Below, piece after piece: positions 62,419 to 64,000 of a stretch of DNA of 64,000 bases. The notes beneath the pieces were generated by a model. That model searched no databases. It worked only from the letters and a program-made list of their open reading frames with translations, and had not been told where the DNA came from. The position numbers and the translations under genes were made by a program. Position 1 is the first letter of the stretch, and each line of letters begins with the position of its first letter. Origin of the DNA: Zootoca vivipara (taxonomy: Eukaryota); NCBI RefSeq assembly GCF_963506605.1, contig NC_083285.1:70618001-70682000 (forward strand), in the 5' to 3' direction.

Positions 62419-62469
62419 CAAAATATAAACTTAGTTGGTCTTTAAGGTGCTACTTTAAGGTGCTATTTT

Positions 62470-63075
62470 GATATCCTCTAGGTTAGATTATTGCAAGGTG
62501 TTATCCATGGGACTTGCCTCTGAAGACAATTTGGAAACTTCAGCTGGTGCAGAATTCAGCAGCCACGTCGCTAATCAGGGCAAGACAGTTTGAGCATATT
62601 ATGCCAATCCTGGCCCAGCTGCACTGGCTGCCAATTAGTTTCCGGGCCCAATTCAAAGTGCTGGTTTTGACCTATAAAGCCTTAAATGTCTCAGGACCGC
62701 AATACCTCAAGGACCGCCTCTTACCAGACCCTGAGATCACCTTCTGAGGCCCCTCTTTGTGTGCCCTCCTCCCTGAGAGGTCCGGAGGGTGGCAACACGA
62801 GAACAGGGCCTTCTCTGCAGTGGCTCCCCATCTGTGCAATGCTCTCCCCCAGGGAGGTTCGCCTGGCGCCTTCACTATACACCTTTAGGCGCCAAGCAAA
62901 ACCGTTCCTCCTCAACCAGGCCTTTGACTGATTAATATCCTGCAGCCTTTTAAATGTGTTTGTGGGAGAGGTGGGGTTATAGTTTTGTTCTGTTCTATTG
63001 TGTAGGTTTTATTCCGTCTTTTTTTCTTTGCTCAACCACCCTGAGATCTTTGGATGAAGGGCAGCATGCAAATTT
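62470..63075 (+). mobile_element. L2 LINE 3' portion (older copy about 60660-61290)
   Basis: LQLVQNSAA...LHWLPI...YKAL peptide. Confidence 0.85.
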
Positions 63076-63584
63076 AACAAATCAATGAATATCCATAGGA
63101 AGAGCCACAGCTCAGTGGCAGAACACCTGCTCTGCATGCAGAAGTCCCACCCCCAGTGCTTTTTTCTGGGGGTACACAGGGGAACGCATACTCCAAAACA
63201 TTTTTTGAATCTAAGTTTGGCCTCGTTGAGGGGCAGTATTTTAATATGAGTTGGAAAATGAGAGTACCCCGAAACATTTTTTTTTAGAAAAAAGGAACTG
63301 CCCCCCCCCATGGTTGAGCCGGGACACTGAGGTCCATCTCCAAGGGCCTTCCCTCCCTGCGAGAAGTGAAGTTGCAGTGAAGCAGGCAGAGGGCCTTTTC
63401 AGTGGTGGCACCCGCCCTGTGGAACACCCTCCCATCAGATATTAAGGAGATAAAGAACTGCATAACTTTTAGAAGACACCTGAAGGCAGCCCTCTTTAGG
63501 GAAGTTTTTAATGTCTGGTGTTTTATTGCATTTTTAATATTTTGTTGGGAGCCGCCCAGAGTGGCTGGGGAAACCAATTTATTA

Positions 63585-63805
63585 CAGTGGTACCTCCGGT
63601 GGCAGACAGGATCCGTTCCAGAACTGTGGTCGGATCCCAAGGTTTTCGCAACCAAAGGTGCCTGTTCTGCGCATGCGCGCGTGGGGCGGTAGAGCCCTTC
63701 TGTGCATGCGTGCGGGGCAAAACCCGGGGAAATACTTCCGGGTTTGCCGCATGCGTATCCCGAAGGATACATGACCAGAGGTGTGCATAAGTAGAGGTAC
63801 CGCTG
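63585..63805. mobile_element. Tc1/mariner MITE
   Basis: TA|CAGTGGTACCTC...GAGGTACCGCTG|TA. Confidence 0.82.
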
Positions 63806-63875
63806 TATTATCATCATCATCATCACTAATGGCAGCACCACCAGGTAGGGCTAGGAATGCCTCCATTTCTCTCAC

Positions 63876-64000
63876 CTGCCGAGGGCGCTCCCCCGCGGTT
63901 GCTGAGGACCTGATCCGGGATCACCTCGTAGTCTTCCTGGTCAGCATCCAGAGCATTGTCGTAGATGCTTTCGTCCCCATCAAGGCCGCCCGGCATCTCC
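63876..64000 (-). CDS. HCLS1: HCLS1-like gene, acidic Tyr-containing exon (partial)
   Basis: Translates EMPGGLDGDESIYDNALDADQEDYEVIPDQVLSNRGGAPSA and ends CAG|gtgaga in phase 1. Confidence 0.8.

Larger units (their letters stand above)
61750..62454 (+). mobile_element. Penelope-like element, 5'-truncated, with inverted pseudo-LTRs
   Basis: GIY-YIG endonuclease C-terminal part (ALYIGQTGQTLRQRINGH..., 61944-62221) flanked by 138-bp inverted repeats 61806-61943 and 62317-62454. Confidence 0.9.

Overview
Vertebrate genomic DNA, almost certainly a squamate (lizard, probably lacertid), judged from Sauria SINEs, BovB, CR1, L2 and Penelope repeats. Most of the window is a + strand cluster of class II (gamma) olfactory receptor genes: eight open single-exon CDSs (the first cut by the window edge) and two 3'-only relics. 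The left part is a recent ~6.5-7.7 kb tandem array whose units carry O/E (EBF)-site promoters and non-coding first exons. A second promoter/first-exon module recurs three times upstream of OR7, OR8 and a relic. The OR paralogs look mosaic. The right end holds the last three coding exons of an SH3 gene on the - strand (HCLS1-like), which the ORF track does not assemble. One of its introns carries a Penelope-like element with inverted termini and a minimal hammerhead ribozyme motif. I found no clearly new biological system; the best leads are the intronic hammerhead, the OR promoter modules and the OR mosaicism. All calls were made by eye, and repeat boundaries are approximate unless a target-site duplication (TSD) is quoted.
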